A DNA stretch of 64,000 nucleotides from Candidatus Magasanikbacteria bacterium GW2011_GWC2_37_14 (GCA_000990355.1 LBSX01000004.1:1757-65756); one strand, 5' to 3'; positions 38,536-49,195 are shown, numbered from the stretch's first letter. The notes: a model not told the origin generated them from the sequence alone. Made by a program: numbers and translations.

Positions 38536-39615
38536 ATGAGAATTTTGAGTTTAAGTTTGGATAGAAATTTATTTGATTCTCAATCCGCAGTTGCCGAAAG
38601 AACATTGTCTTATGGCAGTTTAGTAAATTTATACCATGTCATAGTGCAAGACAAGAAAGATAATGTCTTAAATTTGTCAGAACAAGTTATAGTTTTTGGC
38701 AGTGGGGGATCAAACAAAATCTGGCGTTTTTTTAAGATTTACCATTTAGTTTGTGATTTGTCAAAAAAATTTAAATATGATATTATTACGACTCAAGATC
38801 AGTATTATTTGGGCTTTTTAGCCTTAATTTTAAGTAAAAAATTAAGGTTAGGTCTAGAAGTGCAAGTTCATGGTTGGGATAATTTTTGGGGATTAAGGTA
38901 TTTATTGGCTAGAATTGTCTTGCCTCGAGCTAAAACTATTAGAACTGTAGGTGAAAGATCAAGTAAAAAATTAGTTGGTTTGGGAATTTCAAATCAAAAA
39001 ATAGTAGTTGTGCCAATATTTACAGATTATCTAAATTTTTTAGTTGCTAACAAGCAAAAAAGTAATAGCGAAAAATTTGTTTTTTTAACAGTTGGTCGTT
39101 TGGTAAAAGTAAAAAATATTCAGCAACAAATTTTGTGTTTTGCCCAGTTGTCTAAACAATTTAGGAATATAGAACTACGAATAGTAGGAGACGGGCCAGA
39201 GAGAAATAAATTAGAAAAAATCGTTGCAAATTTAAATTTAAAAGATAAAATTTTATTTACTGGTTGGTTGAATGGTAATGAATTAAATAGGGAATACGAA
39301 AATGCTAATTGTTTTTTACTTACTTCAAAGAATGAGGGTTGGGGATTGGTAATAGTAGAAGCAGCCAATTATTCTTTGCCAATAATAATGACCGATGTTG
39401 GTTGTGCTGGCGAATTTATAAAGGATGGGGAAAATGGTTTGGTAATAGAAATAAACAATAATGAATTATTGCTAAAAAAGATGAAAGAAATTTTAGAAAA
39501 CAAAGATTTAGCCTTTAAATTGGGGCAAGCTGCCCAACATTCGGTAGTAACGATGCCTAGTAAAGAAGAAACTTTAGCTTTATATAAAAAATCTTGGGTC
39601 CGGGCTTTAAAATAA
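38536..39615 (+). CDS. GT4 glycosyltransferase
   Basis: EGWGLVIVEAANYSLPIIMTDVGCAGEFI. Confidence 0.7.
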   Translation: MRILSLSLDRNLFDSQSAVAERTLSYGSLVNLYHVIVQDKKDNVLNLSEQVIVFGSGGSNKIWRFFKIYHLVCDLSKKFKYDIITTQDQYYLGFLALILSKKLRLGLEVQVHGWDNFWGLRYLLARIVLPRAKTIRTVGERSSKKLVGLGISNQKIVVVPIFTDYLNFLVANKQKSNSEKFVFLTVGRLVKVKNIQQQILCFAQLSKQFRNIELRIVGDGPERNKLEKIVANLNLKDKILFTGWLNGNELNREYENANCFLLTSKNEGWGLVIVEAANYSLPIIMTDVGCAGEFIKDGENGLVIEINNNELLLKKMKEILENKDLAFKLGQAAQHSVVTMPSKEETLALYKKSWVRALK

Positions 39616-42038
39616 TTATGTTAGTTAAATATAGTAAAAAAATATATTTAAGCGTAATTTTAATAGTAATTGCAGTTTTTGGTTGTTTGTTAGTTTTTTT
39701 AAATTCTTTGCCAATGACAGCCAAGGCCAAAGTGCTTAATACTTTTCCTCTATTATATAGAGCTTCGGAATTAACAAAATTTTTTGACTTTTTTTATTTA
39801 CCAATGACTATTGGGGAGTCTAAGACCGAAAAATGGAATTTGATTATAAAACAAAAAAATTTGGATCAATTAGACTCAAGTTTGCCAAAAGATTTTTTAC
39901 ACGAACAACCGGGGTCTGGTTTTAAAGATGAAGTAAAAGCCAAATTGTATATTGGCAATGAAGAATATGATGTAAATGTACGCTATCGCGGGGCCACCCC
40001 ATCTCATTGGGCTTGGGCCAAAAAATCTTGGTCAATTAATTTTGATAAAGATAAATCATATAAGGGTATAGACAAGATTAATTTAATTGAGCCAAAAGAT
40101 CGGCATTTCTTTATTGAAGCTCTCAATAATTATCGTGCCAAAAAATTAGGTTTAGTGGTGCCACATTATGATTTTATTAATTTATCTATTAATGGGCAGA
40201 ATCAGTCATTTTATTATTTATCCGAACAGCTTTCTGCTACCATGTTGGCAAAAAACAATAAACCCGACTCTTCAAATATCTATGGTGATTCAACCGAAGA
40301 TAACTATCTTTATCAAGATCCAGCTGTTTGGAAGAAGTTGAGTGGAGGAGAAACAGATGATCGGTCGGATCTAAGTGCTTATTTAACTTTTTTTCAAAAT
40401 AAAGATCGAGATTCTTTGTTGAATTTAACTTCCAGAAATAATCTTATTTCTTGGTCAGCTTTAAATTTATTGGCCGGTTCTCGGCATCAAAATAATGGTA
40501 ATAATGTTAAAATATTTTTTAATAATTCTGTTGGTCGGTTTGAATGGATTCCCGATGATGTGGCTTTGTTTGAATTAACTGGTGATATTAATCAGACTGA
40601 TAATGATTTAATTGATTATATTTTTACAGATAATTCTTTAAGACAACAAAGGGATGACTTGCTTAAGAATTATTTAAATAATGAAGATAATCTAAAAGAT
40701 GATTTAAATTATTTGGCTGGTTTGTATAAACAATACAAAGCAGATGTTTATTCCGACAATTTTAAGAGATATGGCAATGTAATGTTTAGTTTGGAGTATT
40801 GGAACTATCGCGATATGTTGGAAGATAATGTGGAGAAGCTAAAAGAAATTTTAACAAAAACTACCTATGAAAAAGAAACTGTTCAAGGTCCGGTAGCATC
40901 TCTAGATGATAAGTATGTAAAAAATAATCAGATTCTAAATCATTTTTTTGAAATTACTGATGTAGAAAAATTTAAAAATCAAAACAAAATGTTTCTGGTA
41001 AACGAAAAGAATAAAGAGATTATTTTACCAGCTGGATTGTATAGCTTTTATAGTACTGTTGTTATACCCAAAGGTTTTACTTTAAAAATAAATGCTGGGG
41101 TGACGGTTTTAATGTCTCCGGGGGTTTCTTTAGTAAGTTATAGTCGGGTAATAGCAGAGGGAAGTATTTCCGCACCAATAGCTTTCAAGAGACTGAATTC
41201 TTTAAAGCCCTGGGGAAGTTTCGCTGTTTTGGTAGAAGGGGGAGCAAATAGTTTGTTTGATTATTGTGATTTTTCTGGTGGTAAAGATGACACTATTAAT
41301 GGTGCTTTTGTTTCGGGAATGTTGAATATTTATTCATCGGGGGCAGAAATAAAAAATTGTTCATTTAGTAATGCCACTGGAGATGATTCTTTAAATATCA
41401 AAAATGGTTATGGTTATTTGGAGAATAATATTTTTAAAAACAATATCTCTGATGCTATAGATTTTGATTGGGGGACTGGTGCAGTGCTGAGTAATAAATT
41501 TTATGGTAATGGCAATGATGCTATAGATTTGGGAGGCTGTAATGGAGTGTTAGTCAAGGATAATTTGGTATTTAATTCTGGTGATAAATGTGTTAGTATT
41601 GGTGAAGAATCATTAAATATTAAATTGTTTAATAATTTGTTTTCCCATTGCAATATTGGCGTAGCGGTAAAGGATAAATCTGTTGCCCAGGCAGCCAATA
41701 ATATTTTTTGTGCTAACAAAACCGGGATTGCCGCCTATATGAAAAAGGATATCTTTGGCGGATCAGAATTTGAAGTTTATAATTCAATAATTTGGGGTGG
41801 AGAAAAAATGGTGGATATTGATGAACTTTCCAAAGTTAAAATTTTGTACAGTGACGTGGCTGGCGGTTATAGTGGAAAGGGGAACATTACCACAGATCCA
41901 AAATTGGATGTCAGTTGTCATGTTTTGTCAACCGACAGTAATTTTTCAACAGGTGGTGAAGTAAAATATTTAGAAAATTTTGATATTTTAAAAGTCGATA
42001 AAACTCCGATTGGTTTGTTTAATCCTGCTATTTATTAA
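39594..42038 (+). CDS. CotH kinase-like domain protein with C-terminal right-handed parallel beta-helix repeats
   Basis: N-terminal TM. CotH signature VRYRGATPSHWAWAKKSWSINFDKDKSYKGIDKINLIEP. C-terminal beta-helix repeats (NATGDDSLNIKNG..., NISDAIDFDWGTG..., GNDAIDLGGCNG...). Confidence 0.6.
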   Translation: MGPGFKIIMLVKYSKKIYLSVILIVIAVFGCLLVFLNSLPMTAKAKVLNTFPLLYRASELTKFFDFFYLPMTIGESKTEKWNLIIKQKNLDQLDSSLPKDFLHEQPGSGFKDEVKAKLYIGNEEYDVNVRYRGATPSHWAWAKKSWSINFDKDKSYKGIDKINLIEPKDRHFFIEALNNYRAKKLGLVVPHYDFINLSINGQNQSFYYLSEQLSATMLAKNNKPDSSNIYGDSTEDNYLYQDPAVWKKLSGGETDDRSDLSAYLTFFQNKDRDSLLNLTSRNNLISWSALNLLAGSRHQNNGNNVKIFFNNSVGRFEWIPDDVALFELTGDINQTDNDLIDYIFTDNSLRQQRDDLLKNYLNNEDNLKDDLNYLAGLYKQYKADVYSDNFKRYGNVMFSLEYWNYRDMLEDNVEKLKEILTKTTYEKETVQGPVASLDDKYVKNNQILNHFFEITDVEKFKNQNKMFLVNEKNKEIILPAGLYSFYSTVVIPKGFTLKINAGVTVLMSPGVSLVSYSRVIAEGSISAPIAFKRLNSLKPWGSFAVLVEGGANSLFDYCDFSGGKDDTINGAFVSGMLNIYSSGAEIKNCSFSNATGDDSLNIKNGYGYLENNIFKNNISDAIDFDWGTGAVLSNKFYGNGNDAIDLGGCNGVLVKDNLVFNSGDKCVSIGEESLNIKLFNNLFSHCNIGVAVKDKSVAQAANNIFCANKTGIAAYMKKDIFGGSEFEVYNSIIWGGEKMVDIDELSKVKILYSDVAGGYSGKGNITTDPKLDVSCHVLSTDSNFSTGGEVKYLENFDILKVDKTPIGLFNPAIY

Positions 42039-42044
42039 AGATCT

Positions 42045-42860
42045 ATGGGTTATAATGTTCATTTTCAAAGGTTTGAATTTAAATATATTATTACTTTGGC
42101 TCAAGAGAAGGAAATTATGGAACGAATTGGTAAGTATTTGTGTCCTGACAGTTATGTTAAAGAATCCAAAACTGGCTATGAAGTTAGAAGTCTGTATTAT
42201 GATAGCCCACAGTTTTTTTATTATGACGAAAAAAATGATGGCGTTGGTTTAAGAAAAAAGATACGTTTGCGTTGTTATGGAGTTGATGAAGAATCAAGAA
42301 ACAATGTTTTTTTTGAAATTAAACGTAAGAATGATGCCGTAGTAATTAAAGATAGATTTTTGCTTTCTCGAGATGAATACAACAAATTGATCAGTTTTGA
42401 CGATTTATTGTTTGAAGAATTAAAAAAAGATTCTCATAGGGCCAATGTTATTGAGGAGTTTAGGTGTGAGAGGGGTTTACGTAGTATTGCCCCCAAGGTT
42501 TTAGTGGTGTATGATAGAATTCCTTTTTTGGATAGATACAACCCTTCTTTTAGAATTACCTTTGATAAGAATATAAGAGCTGCCAAGACTGATGATTTAT
42601 TTTGTGATAATAAGGATTTGTTGGATGTTTTTCCCGATGGGGTAGTTATGGAAATAAAATTTAATGGTACGATGCCATTTTATATAAGGGGAATAATAGA
42701 ATTTTTTGATTTACAGCGAACTTCTTTTTCCAAATATTGTACAGCTGTGGATACTTGTGGTGCCAATTCAGCTTTTATCTTTCCTTATCAAAATAGATTA
42801 AATAACAATTTAAATTTTTATTCATTTAACCAATCTTTCTATGACGGATTTAATTCTTAG
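42045..42860 (+). CDS. VTC-domain (polyphosphate-polymerase-like) protein
   Basis: YEVRSLYYDSP...GLRKKIRLRCYG, typical of the bacterial VTC domain. Confidence 0.5.
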   Translation: MGYNVHFQRFEFKYIITLAQEKEIMERIGKYLCPDSYVKESKTGYEVRSLYYDSPQFFYYDEKNDGVGLRKKIRLRCYGVDEESRNNVFFEIKRKNDAVVIKDRFLLSRDEYNKLISFDDLLFEELKKDSHRANVIEEFRCERGLRSIAPKVLVVYDRIPFLDRYNPSFRITFDKNIRAAKTDDLFCDNKDLLDVFPDGVVMEIKFNGTMPFYIRGIIEFFDLQRTSFSKYCTAVDTCGANSAFIFPYQNRLNNNLNFYSFNQSFYDGFNS

Positions 42861-43515
42861 TGGGGGGAGTCAGGTGACCTTGTATGCAGTAATATTGAAT
42901 TTGTTACTGACTTTTGTTTTGGTGTCCTTTGTTTGTTTTCTTTACAAAAAAACGCATAGTGGGGTTTCTTATTCTCAAACTTTTGTCTTTACTTTAATAA
43001 TTGTTGGTATTGTGGGAGCAATGGTGATGATGGTGGTTGGTAGTAATATTGCTACAGCTTTTGGACTTTTAGGGGCTTTTTCAATTATTAGATTTCGGAC
43101 ACCAATGAAAGATAGTAAAGATGCTGGTTACATATTTTTTGTTTTGGCAGTGGGAGTAGCCATTGGTACTAGTAATTATGCTATTGGTGTTATTGGTACT
43201 TTTTTGTTATCGGCGATAATTTGGTTTTTACATAGAATTAATTTTGGTTCTATAAAAAAATATGATTATTTATTGGTTTTTACCAGTACTAACGGCAGTT
43301 CTTCCAACAAATATGAAAGTATACTTAAGAAATATTTAAAATCTAGTTTGTTATTGAATATTTCGTCTAAAAAAGATGGTGAAGAAAGTGAAATTACTTA
43401 TCATATTACTTTCTTGGACAAAAATACCCCAGATAGCTTTATGCAAGAAATGTCTCATGCCGAAGGAGTCAAGAACGTGCATTTAGTTACTTCTTGGGAT
43501 AATGTGGAATACTAA
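42841..43515 (+). CDS. DUF4956-like small membrane protein (partner of VTC/CotH)
   Basis: Three to four TM helices, IIRFRTPMKDSKDAGYIFF. Conserved neighbourhood with the VTC domain. Confidence 0.45.
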   Translation: MTDLILSGGSQVTLYAVILNLLLTFVLVSFVCFLYKKTHSGVSYSQTFVFTLIIVGIVGAMVMMVVGSNIATAFGLLGAFSIIRFRTPMKDSKDAGYIFFVLAVGVAIGTSNYAIGVIGTFLLSAIIWFLHRINFGSIKKYDYLLVFTSTNGSSSNKYESILKKYLKSSLLLNISSKKDGEESEITYHITFLDKNTPDSFMQEMSHAEGVKNVHLVTSWDNVEY

Positions 43516-43530
43516 TTTAACCCCAAAACA

Positions 43531-44148
43531 ATGTCATTATTAAAACCCAGTTTATTTTTCATTCTTCTTAAAAGATTACAAAAAAAGAGTTTTTTGTATG
43601 AATTTTATTTTAAAAATAAGCAGACTCTTGATATTGGTTGTGGGGAAGGTGAATTTCTTAATAATGACCCAGAGAATATCTATGGGGTAGATCTTAACAA
43701 GACAGCTATCGGGAGACTTTTGAACAAAGGCTGTAAAGTGAAGCTGGGGGATATAACCAAACTGGATTACGAAAGTAATTATTTTGAGGCAGTTCATTGT
43801 TCCAATGTTATTGAACACCTGAATGTGGAGGAGGCACTACAAATGATAAAAGAAGGAGCTAGGGTCTTAAAAAAGGCCGGTATTTTTGTCTTGGCCTCAG
43901 AAATGCCCACTCGTTTTTTTTTGGACACCTTTGGACATATTAAGCCCTATCCGCCAAAGGCCATAAAAAAATTACTTCGGGAAAATAGTTATGAAGCTTT
44001 TGAAGGAGTAGATAATCTGGAGTATCTAACTGAATTTTATATTGGTAATTATCATAAAAATCCAATTTTGTATGCATGTTCTTTTATTTTAGGTTTTTAC
44101 CTGCCATTTTTTAGGAGAGAGTATTTTGTGATTTTAAGAAAAAAATAA
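43531..44148 (+). CDS. class I SAM-dependent methyltransferase
   Basis: Motif I LDIGCGEGEFL, post-I DLN, motif II-like AVHCSNVIEHL. Confidence 0.65.
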   Translation: MSLLKPSLFFILLKRLQKKSFLYEFYFKNKQTLDIGCGEGEFLNNDPENIYGVDLNKTAIGRLLNKGCKVKLGDITKLDYESNYFEAVHCSNVIEHLNVEEALQMIKEGARVLKKAGIFVLASEMPTRFFLDTFGHIKPYPPKAIKKLLRENSYEAFEGVDNLEYLTEFYIGNYHKNPILYACSFILGFYLPFFRREYFVILRKK

Positions 44149-44163
44149 TTATTTTTTAGTTGG

Positions 44164-45252
44164 TTGGATATGAATTTACTGTTAATTACTCAGAAAATTG
44201 ATAAAGATGATCCAATTTTAGGTTTTTTTCATCGTTGGGTTGAAGAATTTGCCAAACATTGTAAAAAAATAACGGTGATTTGTTTACAAAAAGGCGAATA
44301 TAACTTACCAGATAATGTAAAAGTGTTAAGTCTTGGTAAACCAGCCCAAGGCTGGCCAGCCTTGGGCTGGGAAAAGTATTTGGGAAAATTGAAAGCGTTG
44401 GTAAATTTTTACAAATACATCTGGCAGGAACGAAAAAATTATGATTCAGTATTTGTGCACATGAATCATTTTTACGTTATTTTAGGTGGTTTGTTGTGGA
44501 AATTGTTGGGAAAAAAAGTTGGCTTGTGGTATGCTCATGGGCATGTACCACCAACGTTAAAATTGGTAGAAAAACTTTCTAATATTATTTTCACCTCTAC
44601 AGTTAGTGGTTTTCGTTTACCAAGTAACAAATTAAAAGTAATTGGCCAAGGCATAGATACTGATTTTTTTATTCCCAATTATAATTTAACAAAACAGAAT
44701 AATGATCTTATTTTAATTAGTGTTGGACGAATTAGCGTAATAAAAAATTATGAAACTATTGTTGAAGCACTTGATGTATTATACAATAAGCAAGGAATAA
44801 CCAAACTTAAGTTGATTTTGGTAGGTGAGGCTAGTGTGGGTGCCGAAGACTATGAAAGAAAAATTAGAGAATTTATTGTAAATAAAAATTTATCAGTCGT
44901 AGTTGATTTTGTTGGTGCTTTGCCCAATTACCAAATAGTTGAATATTTGCAAAAAGCGGATTTATTTTTAAACTCTAGTCTTACTGGTAGTTTGGATAAG
45001 GCGATGGTAGAAGCCATGGCTTGTGCTTTGCCAGTTTTAACCTGTAACGAGTCAATGCAGGAAGTATTAGGTGGTTATCAAGATTTGTTAATGTTCCCCA
45101 AAAAAGACAGTCAAAAATTAGCATCTTTGATAAGTTCTTTTTTAAACAAAAGTTTGGAAGAAAGAATTGAACTTGGTTTGGCGTTGAGACAGCTAGTTGT
45201 AGAAAAACATAATTTAAAAGATTTTATTGTTAAAATTTTATCTCAATACTAA
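44164..45252 (+). CDS. GT4 glycosyltransferase
   Basis: GT4 C-terminal region LTGSLDKAMVEAMACALPVLTCNES. Confidence 0.6.
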   Translation: MDMNLLLITQKIDKDDPILGFFHRWVEEFAKHCKKITVICLQKGEYNLPDNVKVLSLGKPAQGWPALGWEKYLGKLKALVNFYKYIWQERKNYDSVFVHMNHFYVILGGLLWKLLGKKVGLWYAHGHVPPTLKLVEKLSNIIFTSTVSGFRLPSNKLKVIGQGIDTDFFIPNYNLTKQNNDLILISVGRISVIKNYETIVEALDVLYNKQGITKLKLILVGEASVGAEDYERKIREFIVNKNLSVVVDFVGALPNYQIVEYLQKADLFLNSSLTGSLDKAMVEAMACALPVLTCNESMQEVLGGYQDLLMFPKKDSQKLASLISSFLNKSLEERIELGLALRQLVVEKHNLKDFIVKILSQY

Positions 45253-45266
45253 AATTAAATAATATT

Positions 45267-45893
45267 ATGATGACTCCCTGGCGAGAATTATTTTATAAAA
45301 AATTAAAGGGGCTTAAATTGGAAGGTGAAGTTTTGGATATGGGTGGAGCCGTAGACGCCGATTATCATAATTTGTTTCAAAAAAAAGATGGTACTCATAT
45401 TTATGTTTTAGGATTTGATAAAAATTATGGTTATGACATACAAGCTGATCTAGAAAAAGCAACCACTTTGAATAATAATCAATATGATACAGTCCTTTGT
45501 TTTAATCTTTTGGAACATATCTTTAATTATGAGAATGTTTTACAAGAAAGTTATCGAGTACTTAAAATTAATGGTCAATTTTTGTTAGCTGTGCCCTTTT
45601 TGTTTAATTTACATCCTTGTCCAGCGGATTATTGGCGTTTTTCTGGGGATTGTTTAAGAAAAAATTTGGAAAAAACTGGTTATCGCAATATTGAAGTGAT
45701 AGAAATTTATACGGGTTTATTTGAGACCTTATTTCAAATTGCTTATAATTTTTATGGGTTTAATTTTTTAAGATTTGTTTTTAAAAAGATTGCTATCTTT
45801 TTGGATTTACTACTGGGTTTAATTGGCGGAATCAAGTATAAAAATTTAATTAAAAATTATCCCTTGGGTTATTTGGTAAAAGCATACAAATAA
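45267..45893 (+). CDS. class I SAM-dependent methyltransferase
   Basis: VLDMGGAVDADY, FNLLEHIFNYENVLQESYRVLKINGQFLLAVP. Confidence 0.55.
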   Translation: MMTPWRELFYKKLKGLKLEGEVLDMGGAVDADYHNLFQKKDGTHIYVLGFDKNYGYDIQADLEKATTLNNNQYDTVLCFNLLEHIFNYENVLQESYRVLKINGQFLLAVPFLFNLHPCPADYWRFSGDCLRKNLEKTGYRNIEVIEIYTGLFETLFQIAYNFYGFNFLRFVFKKIAIFLDLLLGLIGGIKYKNLIKNYPLGYLVKAYK

Positions 45894-45895
45894 AT

Positions 45896-47563
45896 ATGGG
45901 AAACAGAAAAGTTTTGGTGGCTATTAACGATTTAAACTTTGGCGGAGCACAAAAATTGGCTGTTGAACAAGCCAATCGTTTGTTTGTTTTGGGTTACAAA
46001 GTATCATTCTTAATTTTTTTTGATAACCGAGAACAGAGTTTTGAAAAAAAAATATTGTCGGGAATTAATATCTATAAAATTAAAAATTCTAAGTTTAATT
46101 TTATAACATTTTTTAGGTGTTTTAAATTCATTTATAAAAATAGATTTGATTTAATTTTTACTCATTTATTCTTTTCTAATACTTTGGTTAGAGCTGTTTC
46201 AATATTTTTGTGGAGAAAACCGTTTATTATTTCCTATGAACACAACGTGTATACTGGACAGAAAAGTTCACTCTCTCTACAAATAGATTACTTTTTATCT
46301 AGTCGTTCTGATTTAATAATTGCCGTCTCTGAGGAGGTTAAAAATTATTTGATTGAGAAAAGGATTAATTCGAAAAAGATATTATTGGTTAACAATGGTA
46401 TTAACTTGTTAGAACCAAAAAATTTAGTTAATTTAAAAAGAAAAGAATTAAATATTAGCAATGATAAATTTATAATTGTTTCGGTTGGCAATGTTGATTA
46501 TCAAAAAGGTCATGATATTTTGGTTGAGGCAGCAAATTTAATTATTAAAAAATTTCCCAATTGTATTTTTTTGGTTTGTGGAAATGATAGTAATAAGGTT
46601 ATGGTGGATAAGATAAAAGCCAAGATAGTTAAATATGGATTAGAGAATGAATTCAAATTACTAGGTAATAGAGCTGATGTAGAAGAAATTGTGGAAGCTG
46701 CTGATATTTTTGTGATGCCTTCTCGATTTGAAGGATTGAGCATTGCTCTGCTTGAAGCCATGTCACTTAAAAAAGCTATTGTCGTATCGGACATAGACAG
46801 TATGAAAAATATTTTGACCAATGGCAATAATGGTATATTTTTTTCTACCGAAGATCCTGTTGATTTAGCAGAAAAAATAATTGGCTTAGTTCCTGATTCT
46901 ATTTTGAGAGAAAAGTTGGGTAGAGTAGCCTATTCAACGGTTCAAAATTATTCAATTGAAAATAATGTTATTAATATAATTAAGGCTGTTGAATCATTAA
47001 AAAAAAGGAAACATTATTTTTTTAATAAGTATAATTTGAATCATCAAAAATCACTTAAGTGGACAGAGAGGTCCAAAGAAGCATTGGAGTTGTTTAAAAA
47101 TATAAATTTTACAAACAAAATTATAAAAATTGCTGACTTGGGTTGTGGTGATAAAAAATTATTTGAATTAATTAATAAACTTAAAAATTTGGAATTTACA
47201 TATAAAGGTTTTGATATAATGCCACAAGCCGATGATGTAGAAAAAATAAATTTGTCTGAAAACGTTATTAATGAAGAGTTTGACGTTGTTTTTTGTCTTG
47301 GATTAATTGAATATTTAAAAAATATTGATTTTTTCTTTGCAAATTTAGTAAAAATATCTAACTATGTTATATTGAGTTGTGTAGTTAGTGATTATGCTGA
47401 TTATAATGAAAAAGTAATTCGTAGAAAAGGTTGGGAAAATTATTTATCTGTTAAACAATTAGAGATGTTAATTAAAAAATACGGTTTTGAGATTATTAAA
47501 AGTAAAATGATTGATAACGGAGTAACTTATCTGTGTATTTTAAAAAAGATAGAAACTAAATAA
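45896..47563 (+). CDS. GT4 glycosyltransferase fused to C-terminal SAM-methyltransferase-like domain
   Basis: N-terminal GT4 (MPSRFEGLSIALLEAMSLKKAIVVSDIDSM). C-terminal IADLGCGDKKLFE...FDVVFCLGLIEYL. Confidence 0.6.
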   Translation: MGNRKVLVAINDLNFGGAQKLAVEQANRLFVLGYKVSFLIFFDNREQSFEKKILSGINIYKIKNSKFNFITFFRCFKFIYKNRFDLIFTHLFFSNTLVRAVSIFLWRKPFIISYEHNVYTGQKSSLSLQIDYFLSSRSDLIIAVSEEVKNYLIEKRINSKKILLVNNGINLLEPKNLVNLKRKELNISNDKFIIVSVGNVDYQKGHDILVEAANLIIKKFPNCIFLVCGNDSNKVMVDKIKAKIVKYGLENEFKLLGNRADVEEIVEAADIFVMPSRFEGLSIALLEAMSLKKAIVVSDIDSMKNILTNGNNGIFFSTEDPVDLAEKIIGLVPDSILREKLGRVAYSTVQNYSIENNVINIIKAVESLKKRKHYFFNKYNLNHQKSLKWTERSKEALELFKNINFTNKIIKIADLGCGDKKLFELINKLKNLEFTYKGFDIMPQADDVEKINLSENVINEEFDVVFCLGLIEYLKNIDFFFANLVKISNYVILSCVVSDYADYNEKVIRRKGWENYLSVKQLEMLIKKYGFEIIKSKMIDNGVTYLCILKKIETK

Positions 47564-47566
47564 AAT

Positions 47567-48607
47567 ATGAATTATTCTGTTCTCACACCTTATTTAATAC
47601 CCAAAGAGTTAGAGGGTTATAAAATACAAAATATTGGCGATGGTTTTATTTTATTGGCCATTAAAAATATTCTAGAACCATTTAATGCTCTTTTTGAATT
47701 TTCAAGCAGAAAAATTTTGGTTCAAGAAGACTTTGACAAAATTAATTCTACTAAGGCTTTAATTGTAGCGGGTGCTAATCCGTTAAATGATGAATATACG
47801 ATAAGCCCTAGTTTGAATTTAGAATCATTAAAAAAAATTAAAGTACCAATTATTTTTTTAGGAGTAGGTTACAGTGGTCTTGATTCGTTAAATTTAAAAA
47901 TGACGAATTTAACAAAAAATATTCTTTTGCAAGTTCATTCGGGTATTGAATATAGTTCGTGGCGTTGCCCAATTACCGTAAGATATTTAGAAGCTAATAT
48001 TCCAGAAATAAAATCAAAATTTTTGATGACTGGTTGCCCTGTTATTTACGGAGAAAAACTTTTGTCGGGACAGCCATTTACTGATAACCCAGAGAGAATA
48101 GCCGTCACGATTACCGAGCGTGGTAATTGGTGGGGTAGAGAGAAGAAGACTATAGATTTTGTAGCGAATAAGTTTAAAGGTAAAGAATTATTTCTAGTAT
48201 TGCATCAGGATTTTACTAAGAAAAAATTAAAAACTAAGATTAAAGATTTGTTAAAATTAAATCCACCTGCCAGACTAATTCACTGGTATGCCCAATGTAA
48301 GGGTTTTAAAATAATTAAGCCAGTTTCGGTAGAAATTTGCCAACACTTTTATGACTCTTGTGATTTGCATATTGGTAGCAGGTTACATGCTCACTTGTAT
48401 TGTTTAAGCAATTGTTCCAAATCATTTTTAACCTATGTTGATGGAAGGGCTACAGGTTTTTCGGAATATTTAGGTTTTCCTGCTGTGGATGTTGATAATA
48501 TAGAATCATTTTTAGATTATGATTTTGAAATTTACAGAACTAATGTTTTAAAACATTATAAAAATATGAATTTTTTTATTAATTATCTAAAAGAAAAGAT
48601 TTTATGA
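47567..48607 (+). CDS. hypothetical protein (possibly polysaccharide pyruvyl-transferase-like)
   Basis: Size and locus context only. Confidence 0.25.
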   Translation: MNYSVLTPYLIPKELEGYKIQNIGDGFILLAIKNILEPFNALFEFSSRKILVQEDFDKINSTKALIVAGANPLNDEYTISPSLNLESLKKIKVPIIFLGVGYSGLDSLNLKMTNLTKNILLQVHSGIEYSSWRCPITVRYLEANIPEIKSKFLMTGCPVIYGEKLLSGQPFTDNPERIAVTITERGNWWGREKKTIDFVANKFKGKELFLVLHQDFTKKKLKTKIKDLLKLNPPARLIHWYAQCKGFKIIKPVSVEICQHFYDSCDLHIGSRLHAHLYCLSNCSKSFLTYVDGRATGFSEYLGFPAVDVDNIESFLDYDFEIYRTNVLKHYKNMNFFINYLKEKIL

Positions 48608-49161
48608 GCCCAAAAGTTTTTAAGTGTTTTGAAAAAATTATTCAAAATTATTATGAGCAAAAGTCAAAACCGTTAAGCGTAATTGAGCTTGGCGCTTATT
48701 ACTGGAGTTTGCTTAAAATTGATACTTTTGCTAATTCTCGCAAAGTGGCTTTTAATCTCTCTTTTACTGATGGTGACAAATTAGCTCTAAAAGATTATGA
48801 AATAGTCGAAGGTAATATAAATAATTTACCATTTAAAGACAATGAACTTGATTGCATTTTATCCTGTTCGGTATTTGAACATGACAAATATTTTTGGAAG
48901 TCGTTTGCTGAAATAAATAGAGTAATTAAAATTGGTGGTTTGTTGGTTATAGGAGTACCAGTTTATGTTTCTCTAAAAACTGATTGTTTAAATACAACTT
49001 TAACTTATCACCGCCATGGAAAAAATTATAATGCTGATTTTTATCGATTTAGCGAACAGGCAGTTAGAGAAGTATTTTTTGAAGGATATAAAATAGTCGC
49101 CACTCAATTAGTGCGAAGATATCCCAATCCTTATTTGATAATGGCGGGTATAAAACTCTAA
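48604..49161 (+). CDS. SAM-dependent methyltransferase (type 11-like)
   Basis: LSCSVFEHDKYFWKSFAEINRVIKIGGLLVIGVP. Confidence 0.5.
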   Translation: MSPKVFKCFEKIIQNYYEQKSKPLSVIELGAYYWSLLKIDTFANSRKVAFNLSFTDGDKLALKDYEIVEGNINNLPFKDNELDCILSCSVFEHDKYFWKSFAEINRVIKIGGLLVIGVPVYVSLKTDCLNTTLTYHRHGKNYNADFYRFSEQAVREVFFEGYKIVATQLVRRYPNPYLIMAGIKL

Positions 49162-49195
49162 TTATTTATTACCCTATTTATTTTATAGAAGCAGT

